A DNA stretch of 64,000 nt from a virus (lineage: Duplodnaviria > Caudoviricetes). The DNA lies in IMG/VR virus record IMGVR_UViG_3300028886_000070, positions 31,070 to 95,069 of that record; one strand, written 5' to 3'. Shown here one piece after another: positions 53,781-63,587 of the stretch; position 1 is the first letter of the stretch, and each line of letters starts with the position of its first letter. The notes beneath the pieces are model-generated. The model did not search any database, was not told the origin of the DNA, and worked only from the letters and a program-made list of their open reading frames with translations. A program made the translations under genes and the position numbers.

Positions 53781-54044
53781 ATGCAGATCAAGGACCTCGA
53801 GGCCGGGTACACGTGGACGATAGGCGAGGTCGGATTCCAGCGCTCGCGGTTCCTGCGCTTCAACGCCTCGAGGGGCGAGTGGCAGTGGACGGACCGGGTG
53901 ATCAAGGCCGAGTCCTTCGGTTCGAGGGAGCAGGCGGAGCGGCACCTGAAGGACGACGTTGGAGTGCTGAAGCTGCTCGCGCTGATGCCGGAGAAGGACA
54001 GGCCGAAGGTGAAGGCGGTGAAGCTGGAGCTGCGGCTGGGATGA
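53781..54044 (+). CDS. Early hypothetical protein (87 aa)
   Basis: RBS AAGGA; coupled to the upstream gene. Confidence 0.65.
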   Translation: MQIKDLEAGYTWTIGEVGFQRSRFLRFNASRGEWQWTDRVIKAESFGSREQAERHLKDDVGVLKLLALMPEKDRPKVKAVKLELRLG

Positions 54045-54177
54045 GAGAAGAGGTTGTGGGTGAACCTTAAAACCCTCACCACCATATACCGGAACGCCGC
54101 GAAGTGGCGTGGTGGCCGAGTAGCGCACGGGTGTGCGTGAAACCAAGTTCCGAGGCAAACCGAAAGGAGTGCTTGAA

Positions 54178-54486
54178 ATGCTATCGAGAAAAGGAATGGC
54201 AGAGGCGATGTACGCGATGGACATCCTCGCCGCCAAGCTGGACGGCGGAAACCGTCTGGAGGACTGGGAGAAGGAGACGGGCCTCGGGGGCCCCTCCGAA
54301 TGTGCCCGGCCAACGGATTCTCAGATCGCCCTCTACGAGGGGTGGCTCGTGGGACACCGCGACTACCCGGCGGAGGAGGCGTTCAGAAACGCCGTCTCGA
54401 GCTTCGTATTTCTGCTGTGCCGCGAGGCGTTCGGCAGGGTCGAGGCCCTCGACGAGCTCGTGTGCGCGGAGGACGTGTTCCTATGA
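54178..54486 (+). CDS. Early hypothetical protein (102 aa)
   Basis: RBS AAGGAG. Confidence 0.65.
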   Translation: MLSRKGMAEAMYAMDILAAKLDGGNRLEDWEKETGLGGPSECARPTDSQIALYEGWLVGHRDYPAEEAFRNAVSSFVFLLCREAFGRVEALDELVCAEDVFL

Positions 54487-54758
54487 GCGTGGAACTCAAC
54501 GTGGCGCAGGTCGAGAGCCGGTCCAAGTGCCTGATGCTCATGGACAACCTCGTCCGGCACCTCAACGACGAGGACGACCAGACGGGGTGGCTGATGAACG
54601 GCGTGCCGGACGGCGGGCCGTATCTCGAGATGACCCCGAAGCAGCGGGAATACTACGTGCAGTTCGTCGGCGAGTTCGAGGACATGGTGAAGCTCTTCGC
54701 GACCATCGTCCGGCGGGTCTGCTTCAAGACGAAATACGAACCAGGAGGATTCTGCTGA
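54483..54758 (+). CDS. Early hypothetical protein (91 aa)
   Basis: ATGA coupling; NDED...WLMNGVPDG motif. Confidence 0.7.
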   Translation: MSVELNVAQVESRSKCLMLMDNLVRHLNDEDDQTGWLMNGVPDGGPYLEMTPKQREYYVQFVGEFEDMVKLFATIVRRVCFKTKYEPGGFC

Positions 54759-55039
54759 TGAAGATCTTCACCTTGCACGCGGCCTACAAGGACAACGATC
54801 CCGAGACCCTCGGGGCGTTCCGGTCGGGCCGCGCGACGGCGGCGGCGCTCGCCGTCTCCGTGCTCGGGGACCACCCGGAAGACCCTATCGAGAAGGTGGC
54901 GAAGAGGATCGGGAAGCTGGTCTTCGACTTCGCGACCATCTGCCGGTTCGAGCCCGAGCGCGATGAGTGCCGCGACGGGAAGACCGTCTACGGATGCGAC
55001 GAGAACGACGTCGAGGACGACGAGGAGGACGAAGAATGA
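54758..55039 (+). CDS. Early hypothetical protein (93 aa)
   Basis: TGATG coupling, RBS AGGAGG. Confidence 0.65.
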   Translation: MKIFTLHAAYKDNDPETLGAFRSGRATAAALAVSVLGDHPEDPIEKVAKRIGKLVFDFATICRFEPERDECRDGKTVYGCDENDVEDDEEDEE

Positions 55040-55671
55040 CCATCTACACGGTGACAAGCACGGACGACCTGTGGAGCGAGCCGCTCGACAGGTGCGTCGC
55101 CGGCTCCTACACGAGCCGCGGCCGTGCGATCGAGGAGTGCGCGAGGTACGTCTTCGAGCGCTTCGGCCTCCGCGACGACTTTGCCTGCTCGATGGCGAAC
55201 GACGAGAACCATCCCGAGGCGAAGGAGTTCTTCTCCAGGCGCCGGGACGGGAAGTACGTCATCGCCCGGGGCTGCATCGCCAAGCTGATGGAGTTCATCA
55301 AGGACGAGCTGGGCGGCCAAGGCTGCTACTACGTCTGCGACGGGCAGAACAGCTGGCACTTCGACATCGACGAGAACGACGTCGAGGGCGAGCTGTGGCA
55401 CACGGTGACGTGGGGCGACAGCGACTGCGAGGACCCGGAGTTCACGACTCCGTACCCGGAGACGTTCACGAGCGAGGAGACTGCGGTGCAGACCTTCCTC
55501 GACTACGTGAAGGACCTGTTCCGGGGCCACCACATGAAGTGGTCGGACGAGTTCGTCCGCACCGTGAAGGCGTCCCTCAAGGACGACGGCAAGGTACAGG
55601 TGGACTTGAACGACGGATGCTGCGTCTCGTGCGTCCTGTACCACGACGACGCGAAGAACATCAAGGAGTAA
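55036..55671 (+). CDS. Early hypothetical protein with two similar domains (211 aa)
   Basis: ATGA coupling. Confidence 0.7.
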   Translation: MTIYTVTSTDDLWSEPLDRCVAGSYTSRGRAIEECARYVFERFGLRDDFACSMANDENHPEAKEFFSRRRDGKYVIARGCIAKLMEFIKDELGGQGCYYVCDGQNSWHFDIDENDVEGELWHTVTWGDSDCEDPEFTTPYPETFTSEETAVQTFLDYVKDLFRGHHMKWSDEFVRTVKASLKDDGKVQVDLNDGCCVSCVLYHDDAKNIKE

Positions 55672-55675
55672 ATCT

Positions 55676-56707
55676 ATGACGTTAAACACATCGACGCGGA
55701 TCGCTCCGATAGTCGACGTCAGCACCTACGAGGGACCGTTCAGCTACGATTCCCTCTGGCAGTCCGACGAGGACTCGGAGCGCGAGGAGGGGCGGTTCGT
55801 CTGCGACGACTACGACTTCTCCAAGATGGGCGACCGCATCGTCGAGGAGGCCAACAAGGTCTTCGAGGCGAACAAGCCCCTCTCGCAATACGGAGTCGTC
55901 TCCATCAAGGCGACGAAGTTCGGGAGTCCGCGCGAATACAACTTCATGTCGGACTGGCTGGACCTCGAGATCGTGGTGGACGACTCGTTCTGGCAGCTCG
56001 CGAAGGAGGCGATCTTCGACCCGAAGAACCGGGCGAAGATCGTCGAGTACGCGGGCAACCACTGGGTCAGCTACGACGGGTTCTCGAGCGCGATGCTGAA
56101 CCGCGTCTCGTACCTCTCGCGCGACCACTGGAAGCACGAGCACTACGGGACGCACATGGCGACCGACGCCGAGGTCGAGGCCGCGCTCGTGGCCGACCTG
56201 GAGGACGCCTTCTCCGCCCTGTCGACGGAGACGAGCGAGGACGAGTTCCGCGAGTTCGGAGCGATCCTCGCCCTGCTGTGGCTCATCGACTACCCGTCGG
56301 ACTTCGAGCGCTGCGACGAGTCGCCGGTCTGGGGAAGCTGGGTCACGGACGAGATGATCGAGTCCATCCGCGGCAACAGCAGCCTGTCCGAGTTCTGCAC
56401 GGTCCTCGAGCGGAGCGAGCTGACGGAGAAGGTGGGCGACGCGCTCATCGACTTCGACGGCTTCATGCGCGAGACCGAGCTCTCCTACGAGAAATACGTC
56501 AAGTCCGGCGTCGGCGAGGCATCGCAGGCGCGGGCAAAGGCGTGGCTCGAGGTCGTCCGCAAGGACGTCGACGGGTGGAAGGAGAAGCAGACGAACCTGG
56601 TCGAGTGGCACGCCCCCAAGTGGGACGCGATCAAGCAGGAGCTCGCCGAGCTGAAGGAGGAGTGGGACGCCAAGCTCGAGGTCGGATGGCCGGGGGCGTG
56701 GAAATGA
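55676..56707 (+). CDS. Acidic early protein (343 aa)
   Basis: SPREYNFMSD and SYDGFSS motifs; RBS AAGGAG. Confidence 0.75.
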   Translation: MTLNTSTRIAPIVDVSTYEGPFSYDSLWQSDEDSEREEGRFVCDDYDFSKMGDRIVEEANKVFEANKPLSQYGVVSIKATKFGSPREYNFMSDWLDLEIVVDDSFWQLAKEAIFDPKNRAKIVEYAGNHWVSYDGFSSAMLNRVSYLSRDHWKHEHYGTHMATDAEVEAALVADLEDAFSALSTETSEDEFREFGAILALLWLIDYPSDFERCDESPVWGSWVTDEMIESIRGNSSLSEFCTVLERSELTEKVGDALIDFDGFMRETELSYEKYVKSGVGEASQARAKAWLEVVRKDVDGWKEKQTNLVEWHAPKWDAIKQELAELKEEWDAKLEVGWPGAWK

Positions 56708-56967
56708 CCTACGGCCCTCCGTTCCTGCGATACCAGTTGCAGACCTATGTCGACGCCGCCTACGCGGAGATCGGCATCCGCAACAGGGGAGCCGGACGCT
56801 GCATGGTGCGCATCGACAGGGCGAACCGCGGCTTCTACTGGGTTCGGATCCACGGCATGTGCGCCGGGTCCGAGCCCGAGATGTTCGCGGAGAAGCTCAA
56901 GCGCATCGGCCAGCTGAAGGCGGTCGAGCTGAACGGCTCGAAGAACTACGTGAAGGTATGGCCATGA
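56704..56967 (+). CDS. Early hypothetical protein (87 aa)
   Basis: ATGA coupling. Confidence 0.6.
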   Translation: MTYGPPFLRYQLQTYVDAAYAEIGIRNRGAGRCMVRIDRANRGFYWVRIHGMCAGSEPEMFAEKLKRIGQLKAVELNGSKNYVKVWP

Positions 56968-57233
56968 TACAGATAGTCATGAAGCCGACGCCGGGGGCCG
57001 GTGTGCAGGACCGCGAGACCCTGTACACCGCGCTCTTCAACGGCGAGGACGTGGGGCTGCGCGTGAGGGGACTCCGCGCGTCGCACGCCGAGGAGAAGAT
57101 GATGGTCATCTTCCGCGAACAGCTGAAGGGCAAGACCGTCAGCTACAATCTCGAACAGTACCTCAAGGAGAAGACAGATGAAAACGGAGAACCAGGCCCG
57201 GAAGATGCTGAAGGGCATTGTCGGGACGCGTGA
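56964..57233 (+). CDS. Early hypothetical protein (89 aa)
   Basis: ATGA coupling. Confidence 0.6.
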   Translation: MIQIVMKPTPGAGVQDRETLYTALFNGEDVGLRVRGLRASHAEEKMMVIFREQLKGKTVSYNLEQYLKEKTDENGEPGPEDAEGHCRDA

Positions 57234-57648
57234 CGAGTCGATCGACGACGTCGTCAAGTTCATGTTGGACTACGCAGAATCCATGCGCAAGCGGCAGAAG
57301 GACGCTGTGGAGGGCGACAAGATGCTTCCTTGCAGCACGATCGCGCTGCGTATGGAGGACACGGCGTCCCGCATAAAAGCCGCGCTGCGGCGTGAGCGGG
57401 CGGAGAGCCGGCCGACGCCGAATCTCAAGAACCCGCCCCCGAGGAGGGTGCGGCTCACGAAGAGGCTGGGGTACGAGGCGCTGAAGCTCCTCAAGTACAT
57501 CGACTTCCGAATGACGATGACGAAGGACATGCTTGACTTCCAGGACTGGAAGCGGTCTGTCTCCGACGACATGTGCGCCGTGCTCGCCAACCTGAACGCC
57601 TGGTGGGACCAGGAGAAGAGGAGGAAGCGTGACGCTCGAAAGCGGTGA
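57178..57648 (+). CDS. Early hypothetical protein (156 aa)
   Basis: RBS AAGGAG. Confidence 0.65.
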   Translation: MKTENQARKMLKGIVGTRDESIDDVVKFMLDYAESMRKRQKDAVEGDKMLPCSTIALRMEDTASRIKAALRRERAESRPTPNLKNPPPRRVRLTKRLGYEALKLLKYIDFRMTMTKDMLDFQDWKRSVSDDMCAVLANLNAWWDQEKRRKRDARKR

Positions 57649-57988
57649 CAGGCTCTTCGTCAACGTGGACGCGAACTGCATGAAGATGCAGCTCATCGGA
57701 CACTTCGCGGGGCAGACCGGCAGCGAGCCGTACGGGTGGAACGACGGCGACGTCGTCTTCCTGAACGGCGCGCAGGTCGCGAAGCTGCTGGAGCTGGCGA
57801 CGACGCCGCACTCCGACAGGATCGTGGTGGAGTCGAACAGGCCGGGGACCTCCGGCCTCATCGTGGCGACGGACGGCGAAGTCAGGATGGCTCTCGTCGG
57901 GGACACGTGCGAGGCCCGTCTCAACAACCCCGAGCGCGTGATGCTCGTGGAGGCTATCAAATCACAGGTATGGAGGCTATTCCAATGA
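57629..57988 (+). CDS. Early hypothetical protein (119 aa)
   Basis: GAGGAGG RBS, GTG start. Confidence 0.6.
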   Translation: MTLESGDRLFVNVDANCMKMQLIGHFAGQTGSEPYGWNDGDVVFLNGAQVAKLLELATTPHSDRIVVESNRPGTSGLIVATDGEVRMALVGDTCEARLNNPERVMLVEAIKSQVWRLFQ

Positions 57989-58692
57989 CGATACGAGGAG
58001 GAAGCGGCTTTCCCGTGGACCTGACGGTCTCGCGGGGGACGCACAATCGAATCAGGATGAACGCCGCCGGAAGGGGCGGCGACTCCTGGAGCCGGAGCAT
58101 GACGATACAGGGCGCCGCCGAGATCGTGCGCGTCCTGCGCGGCCACTCCGAGAACGAGTACTTCGGCGTGCAGGGCCTGCCCGGCGCCGACCCTCTCGGC
58201 TTCCGCCACTTCATCGAGTGGGATGGAGACCCGAACAACCCCGGCTACGAGCTCTACGACAGGAGCGGGAACACGAAGGGGCGGACGCTCTGCACGCTCG
58301 ACATGGCGGACGCCGTCGCGCTGGAGCTCGCGCTCGAGCGCGCCATCATCGACTCCGTCTACTCGACGGAGCACGAGGTGTGGCTGCTCCTGTCGACGGC
58401 CGTCCTCACGGGCGACGCGGCGGTGGACGGGGCCGACCAGATCGGAACCCGCGCCTTCGTCTACCCGTCGAGGGAGGCGGCGTGCGACCATCTCCGCGAG
58501 TTCATGCGCCCCGACGTCAACGAGTCCCGGCCCGAAGGGGCGTGGGACGACACGGAGACGGTGGACGACGTCCTAGATTCCATATTCGAGGGCAACGACG
58601 ACCTGAACTCCACGGGCGACGGCATGTGGACGTACGACGGTTCGACCCGCTCCTACGAGTGGAAGCTCATGCGGCTGGGGGTACGGGCATGA
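57985..58692 (+). CDS. Early hypothetical protein (235 aa)
   Basis: ATGA coupling, GGAGG RBS. Confidence 0.65.
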   Translation: MTIRGGSGFPVDLTVSRGTHNRIRMNAAGRGGDSWSRSMTIQGAAEIVRVLRGHSENEYFGVQGLPGADPLGFRHFIEWDGDPNNPGYELYDRSGNTKGRTLCTLDMADAVALELALERAIIDSVYSTEHEVWLLLSTAVLTGDAAVDGADQIGTRAFVYPSREAACDHLREFMRPDVNESRPEGAWDDTETVDDVLDSIFEGNDDLNSTGDGMWTYDGSTRSYEWKLMRLGVRA

Positions 58693-59009
58693 AAGTCTGG
58701 ATGCTCTGCGAGGCGTTCGTCCTGACGGGCGACGCCTTCGGGCACCAGACGGTGCACGAGAGCCTCACGCCGTGGGGCCTTCCATGCGAGAGCCGAAAGG
58801 TCGCCATGCGCGAGCTCAAGGAGTGCGTCAAGGAGCGCGTCGGCGAGAACTACGAGGGCAAGGACGACGCGGACGAGGACATCGAGTCCGACATCCGCGA
58901 AGTCCTCGACAACCCCACGAGGCTCGGACGCGGCAAATGGCAGTACAACTATTCCGCCGACGACCGGGAGGTCTTCTGGCGGGTCTATCCATGCGAGGTG
59001 ATGCGATGA
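58689..59009 (+). CDS. Early hypothetical protein (106 aa), paralogue of the upstream gene's C-terminal half
   Basis: Shared VW.L....VLTGDA motif. Confidence 0.65.
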   Translation: MKVWMLCEAFVLTGDAFGHQTVHESLTPWGLPCESRKVAMRELKECVKERVGENYEGKDDADEDIESDIREVLDNPTRLGRGKWQYNYSADDREVFWRVYPCEVMR

Positions 59010-59449
59010 CGTATGACGAACTGAACGACGAGCAGAGGCTCGAGCTCAAGCAGCGCATCCTCACGGAGCGCAACGAGCAGCGGGGCGAGGGGACTTCCTA
59101 CGGGGAGCTTGCCGACGCCGACGACCTGGTGTCCGACGAGGACGCGAAGGACTGGGCGGAGGGCATGGAGTTCTCCCCCGACGACTTCGCGTGCTCGGCG
59201 TCCGAGCCGAACGTGAGGGTGAGGAACGTCCCGCAGTGGGCGGTCTGCTACCTCGTGAACTCGGACGATAGCGGGCTGACGCCCGAGGACAAGTCGATGG
59301 TCGACCGGTGGGTGGCGGATCTGCTGGCCGAGGGGCTGGAGCTCCTCTGCCCGATCGACGGAAGCGAAAACGAGTTCTGCTCCGCGCCGGCCTTCGGGCT
59401 CGCGTGCGGGACGGTGGACTTCGTGGCCGCGAAATCCAAGGAGGATTGA
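59006..59449 (+). CDS. Early two-domain hypothetical protein (147 aa)
   Basis: ELNDEQRLELKQ N-terminal domain plus VPQWAVCYLVNSDDSGLTPED domain seen in mobile elements. Confidence 0.7.
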   Translation: MTYDELNDEQRLELKQRILTERNEQRGEGTSYGELADADDLVSDEDAKDWAEGMEFSPDDFACSASEPNVRVRNVPQWAVCYLVNSDDSGLTPEDKSMVDRWVADLLAEGLELLCPIDGSENEFCSAPAFGLACGTVDFVAAKSKED

Positions 59450-59450
59450 C

Positions 59451-60125
59451 ATGAGGAAGGCAAAAGTTGACGTGTTCGCGTTCGACGAGCTCTCCGAGGA
59501 GGCCAAGGAACGCGCGCACCGCGACTGGGTCTCGAAGGGCATGCCCTACTGCTGGGACGCCGAGGCCCGCGACACGATAAAGGCGTTCGAGAGGGAGTTC
59601 GGCGTCGAGGTGAGGAACTGGCAGTACAGCTCGTGCGGCTACGACTTCGACCTCCGCACCGGCTCGATCGACGACGACGTGCTCGCCCTGAAGGGCAACC
59701 GCGCGAGGGCGTGGTTCTGGAACAACCACGAGAGGTGCCTGCTCACGGGCAGGTACTACTCGAAGTTCCACGGCACGAAGCACGCGCACTCGAAGTTCTT
59801 CTTCGACCGCGTGTACGACGGCACGTGCCCCTGGACGGGGTACTGCATGGACTGCTCGGCGCTCGACCCGATCGCCCACTTCTGCTTCGGCGTGGAGTGG
59901 GACGAGAAGGAGAAGCGGAGGGTTCCGTCGTCGAGGCGGATCGCCGTCGACGACTCGAACACCGTCGAGAGCCTGCTGCGCGACGGCCTGCACTCGCTCT
60001 TCCAGGCGCTGCGGGACGACTGCGCGTACCAGGAGTCGATGGAGGCGTTCAAGGACGCCTGCGAGGCCAACGAGTACGAGTTCACCGAGGACGGGGCCAT
60101 GTGGTTCCAGAAGGAGTCCGCATGA
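59451..60125 (+). CDS. Conserved phage/ICE early protein (224 aa)
   Basis: VFAFDELSEEAKERA...CPWTGYCMD...CEANEYEFTEDG. Confidence 0.75.
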   Translation: MRKAKVDVFAFDELSEEAKERAHRDWVSKGMPYCWDAEARDTIKAFEREFGVEVRNWQYSSCGYDFDLRTGSIDDDVLALKGNRARAWFWNNHERCLLTGRYYSKFHGTKHAHSKFFFDRVYDGTCPWTGYCMDCSALDPIAHFCFGVEWDEKEKRRVPSSRRIAVDDSNTVESLLRDGLHSLFQALRDDCAYQESMEAFKDACEANEYEFTEDGAMWFQKESA

Positions 60126-60301
60126 CGCTCGCCGAGCTGCTGCGCGCCGCGAACCACGACGAGTGGTGGAACGACGGCAAGCAGGTCTACTGCGAAGTGG
60201 ACGGGAACCTGTACCCGCTGACCGGAATCTGCGGAGGCCGGCCCGAGAAGAAGGGCCAGGGCGAGGACATCGTGGTGCTGCTGACGGAGGAAAGGAAATG
60301 A
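60122..60301 (+). CDS. Early hypothetical protein (59 aa)
   Basis: ATGA coupling, AAGGAG RBS. Confidence 0.6.
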   Translation: MTLAELLRAANHDEWWNDGKQVYCEVDGNLYPLTGICGGRPEKKGQGEDIVVLLTEERK

Positions 60302-60594
60302 AAATCACGTTCGTGCAGAACGACAAGGAGAAGGCGGAGTCCGACCGGGTCATCCGGGCCGGGCTCTCGCTCAAGAAGGCGAAGGTCGGGACGTGGATTC
60401 TCCCGCCCGACCTGTCGAAGGACAACAAGTTCGTCGTGGTGGACAGCGAGCCCGCTGGCAAGGACGTGTTCGTCGAGTCGTTCGACTCGATCGACGGCGC
60501 GCTCTTCTACGCGCTGGGGATTTCGTGCCCGGAAATGACGAGGGTCTGCCGGGACGTTCCCGGCGCGCTCAAGGACTGGGGGAACTTCGTATGA
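60298..60594 (+). CDS. Early hypothetical protein (98 aa)
   Basis: ATGA coupling. Confidence 0.65.
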   Translation: MKITFVQNDKEKAESDRVIRAGLSLKKAKVGTWILPPDLSKDNKFVVVDSEPAGKDVFVESFDSIDGALFYALGISCPEMTRVCRDVPGALKDWGNFV

Positions 60595-60869
60595 CGCTAC
60601 GAGAGGTCTTGAACCTCGCCGACCACGAGGTGTGGCTGCGGGTCCGCCCGCACAAGCACACGCTCGTCGCCGGCGAGTCCGACCCGGAGGACATCGTGGT
60701 CTGGTCCGCGGACTGGATCATGCAGTCGTTCCTCCCGCCGGAGATCGGCCCCGAGCTCGAGAAGTACCTGGACTGGGACGCGGACGACCTGTCGATCGAG
60801 TTCCATCCGGTCGGCCGGGAGAAGCCGACGCCGATGCTGGTCATCAACGCCTACGAGGGCAAGCCATGA
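60591..60869 (+). CDS. Early hypothetical protein (92 aa)
   Basis: ATGA coupling. Confidence 0.65.
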   Translation: MTLREVLNLADHEVWLRVRPHKHTLVAGESDPEDIVVWSADWIMQSFLPPEIGPELEKYLDWDADDLSIEFHPVGREKPTPMLVINAYEGKP

Positions 60870-61165
60870 CCGCATACGCCGTCGCCATGACCGAGGTGCA
60901 GGAGGACTCCGTCCTCTGTGGCTCGGACGCGTGCCTCGACTGGGACAACGCGGTGGACGCCGCCGACGACTTCATGATGAGGTGCGTCGGCGACTTCTAC
61001 GAGATAGACCCTGCCGACACCGAGGCGCGACGCGCCAAGGTGGAGGAGCGCGTCTGGCGGGAGACCAGCGTGTTCAAGGGCCAACGGAAGCTCGAGTGCC
61101 ATTTCGAGGACCCGAACGGGGCCCTCGTCGTGGCGACGAGCGTCCAGGAAACGGAATTGAGATAG
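60866..61165 (+). CDS. Early hypothetical protein (99 aa)
   Basis: ATGA coupling. Confidence 0.65.
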   Translation: MTAYAVAMTEVQEDSVLCGSDACLDWDNAVDAADDFMMRCVGDFYEIDPADTEARRAKVEERVWRETSVFKGQRKLECHFEDPNGALVVATSVQETELR

Positions 61166-61175
61166 GAGGACAATC

Positions 61176-61553
61176 ATGGACATTGAGATACCGGCGGACG
61201 CCAAGACCGTCACGCTGGAGCTGAAGAAGCACTGCACCTTCACGCTGCGGTCGCTTCTGCCGAACATCGGGAGCGAGGTGGAGCTGGTCATCGAAGATGT
61301 GTTCGACGAGGACCGCTTCACCGTGAAGGACCACGACCTGTACAGGCTCCGCGGGTCGAACGGCTCGATGCTGATGCGTTCGCTGGCAAGGTCGAGGATC
61401 CTGCCGGGCGAGGCGTACCTCGACCTCACGCCGAGGCTGAAGCTGCGCGAGCCGCAGACTTCGCTCATCAACGGCACGTTCGCGACCGTGACCGGCTCGG
61501 GCTGCATCGAGCTCTGGGTCCGCCTGACGAAGAGGCCGGGCGAGGAGGACTGA
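61176..61553 (+). CDS. Early hypothetical protein (125 aa)
   Basis: AGGAGG RBS. Confidence 0.7.
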   Translation: MDIEIPADAKTVTLELKKHCTFTLRSLLPNIGSEVELVIEDVFDEDRFTVKDHDLYRLRGSNGSMLMRSLARSRILPGEAYLDLTPRLKLREPQTSLINGTFATVTGSGCIELWVRLTKRPGEED

Positions 61554-62050
61554 TGGGCGACTGCTACTCGGTCGAGCTGCGCATGAAGGTGGCGAAGGGG
61601 ACGAAGTCCAACCTCGCCGGACTTCTGCGCACGTGGATGAGGCGCGTCGGCGAAGGCACCGACGCGACCCCGGGAGTGGCGTGGAACCTCGCGATGTACC
61701 GCAGGCACGGGATCCGCCCGGACAGCCTGCGGGGCATCGTGAAGATCATCCTCGCCGCGCACCAGAACGACTTCCGCCACGTCGTCGACAAGGAGGGGTT
61801 CGACCTGTACAGGTCCGCCTTCAACGCGTCGTACGGCTGGGCGGGCGTCATGCGCGACGCGCTCCGGGAGATGTCCTGGGCGCTCGCCGACGGCTCGTAC
61901 CTGTACATCGACAGGGACGAGGGAGTCGACAACATGGAAATCCGCAAGGGAAAAATCTGGTCGGAGGAGAGGCGCAGCGAGCGGGAGCTCCCGTACGCCT
62001 CCGAGCCGAAGCCAAGGAGGAAGAGACATGGTTCCAAGAGAGTGGATTAG
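61553..62050 (+). CDS. Early hypothetical protein (165 aa)
   Basis: TGATG coupling; FNASYGW motif. Confidence 0.7.
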   Translation: MGDCYSVELRMKVAKGTKSNLAGLLRTWMRRVGEGTDATPGVAWNLAMYRRHGIRPDSLRGIVKIILAAHQNDFRHVVDKEGFDLYRSAFNASYGWAGVMRDALREMSWALADGSYLYIDRDEGVDNMEIRKGKIWSEERRSERELPYASEPKPRRKRHGSKRVD

Positions 62051-62345
62051 CGACGTCAAGATCGAGCGCCGGGGCGAGAGGGGAGGGATGAACATCACCC
62101 TCTTCGTCGAGCCCCCGGCGAAGGCGAACTACAGGACGCCGACGTACGCGTGGCTCGTGGCGCTCGCCGAGAACGTCTTCCGCGACGCGGTGGACAAGGA
62201 GGCGACGCGCTTCGCGATCACGCACGCCGACGTCATGGCGTGGTCGAGCGAGAGCTCGAGGGGCATATCGGTTGCGGACCGCTACCGCGTGAGCGCGGAC
62301 TTTTGCCCGCCCGAGAACCTGGAGGACGGCGATGAGGACGTGTGA
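62028..62345 (+). CDS. Early hypothetical protein (105 aa)
   Basis: AGGAGG RBS. Confidence 0.6.
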   Translation: MVPREWISDVKIERRGERGGMNITLFVEPPAKANYRTPTYAWLVALAENVFRDAVDKEATRFAITHADVMAWSSESSRGISVADRYRVSADFCPPENLEDGDEDV

Positions 62346-62895
62346 CCTCAAGGAAGTCACCGGCAAGGAGCTCAAGAAGTGGTGGGAGTGGCTCGTCCGC
62401 GAACAGGCGGGATGCTGCTCCGTCCACTTCGCGAGCACCGAGAAGTACCGGTACTGCGTCTGCATGGGCTGGCAGTCGGGCTATGGCCCGGCGTCCGAGG
62501 AGAAGTGGCGCGACAAGACCAACAGGCTGCGGCCTGCGTTCTGCCCGCCCGTCGATCCGAAGGAGGCGGACAAGGGCTGGCGCATCTGCTGGAAGATCGG
62601 CCGTCAAACCCACAACAACATCATGCAGTGCGACTACGACATCGACTTCGAGATGCCGTATGTCACCGAGGCGATGGCCAAGGCCGACCCCGACCTCGTG
62701 GAGGGCGACGTGGACGACACAAACGGCGACATCGTCCTCAAGTGGGGCAAGGTCCTCACGAAGGGCAGGAACGGCCACATCGACTCGATCAAGTTCGGGG
62801 CGCCCGTGGGCTACCGCTCGTGGGAGGACTTCGCCAAGAATGTAAGGAGAACAGCTCGCCGCGTGTGGCGCGACTGGAAGGACAACGACGAATGA
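62332..62895 (+). CDS. Early hypothetical protein (187 aa)
   Basis: MQCDYDIDFEMPY...GDVDDT motif. Confidence 0.7.
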   Translation: MRTCDLKEVTGKELKKWWEWLVREQAGCCSVHFASTEKYRYCVCMGWQSGYGPASEEKWRDKTNRLRPAFCPPVDPKEADKGWRICWKIGRQTHNNIMQCDYDIDFEMPYVTEAMAKADPDLVEGDVDDTNGDIVLKWGKVLTKGRNGHIDSIKFGAPVGYRSWEDFAKNVRRTARRVWRDWKDNDE

Positions 62896-63041
62896 GAGAC
62901 AAGGTTATCGAGATCATAAAGACGATGCGCGGGCAGGCCGCGATCGAGGCCGCGTTGGGGCAGAAGAGATGCTCGTTCTACCTCAAGGACTATGCCGACC
63001 AGCTGGCGGCGGCCGTCGGGTATACGGAGGACGGACAATGA
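62892..63041 (+). CDS. Small early protein (49 aa)
   Basis: ATGA coupling. Confidence 0.55.
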   Translation: MRDKVIEIIKTMRGQAAIEAALGQKRCSFYLKDYADQLAAAVGYTEDGQ

Positions 63042-63274
63042 ACGTCTGTGTAGGGCATTGGAACTCCACGTCGAAGGACTTTGTCCCGGAGGCCGCCGCG
63101 GACGATGAGGTAGAGCGGGAGGCACTCGCCCAGCGCGCGAAGCGTCCCGACGATCCATGCGTGGGCATTCACAAGGCGGAGGAGTTCGAGCGCGCGTATA
63201 ACACCGACGAGGTCGGGAACTACGAGCTCGACCCGGCCTTCTACTGGATAAGGTTCACAAGAGGAGAGGAATGA
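63038..63274 (+). CDS. Early hypothetical protein (78 aa)
   Basis: ATGA coupling, GGAGG RBS. Confidence 0.6.
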   Translation: MNVCVGHWNSTSKDFVPEAAADDEVEREALAQRAKRPDDPCVGIHKAEEFERAYNTDEVGNYELDPAFYWIRFTRGEE

Positions 63275-63576
63275 ACATCTGCATACCGACGACATTGAAG
63301 GAGTGGCAGGCCGCCGACGAGTGCGACGGCCCGTTCCTCCTGGTCTCGCTCACGCAGGAGAAGGTGCCGAGGTGGGTCTCGACCAACTCGGCGGGCGAGT
63401 GCGAGAGCTTCAACACGCTGGATGGCGCCCTCCTGTGGGCGCTCGGAATGATCGACGTCAGGGATACGGAGTCCCATCGCATCCTATACGACAGGAATGG
63501 GGCGGCGATCAACTTCCTCGAAAACGTGAGGAGGGAGCTCGACGCGGAGGCGGAAGTCGCGGAAACCGAAGGCTGA
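63271..63576 (+). CDS. Early hypothetical protein (101 aa), paralogue of 60298-60594
   Basis: Shared ESF..(I/L)DGAL..ALG motif. Confidence 0.65.
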   Translation: MNICIPTTLKEWQAADECDGPFLLVSLTQEKVPRWVSTNSAGECESFNTLDGALLWALGMIDVRDTESHRILYDRNGAAINFLENVRRELDAEAEVAETEG

Positions 63577-63587
63577 CGCGTCGCCCC

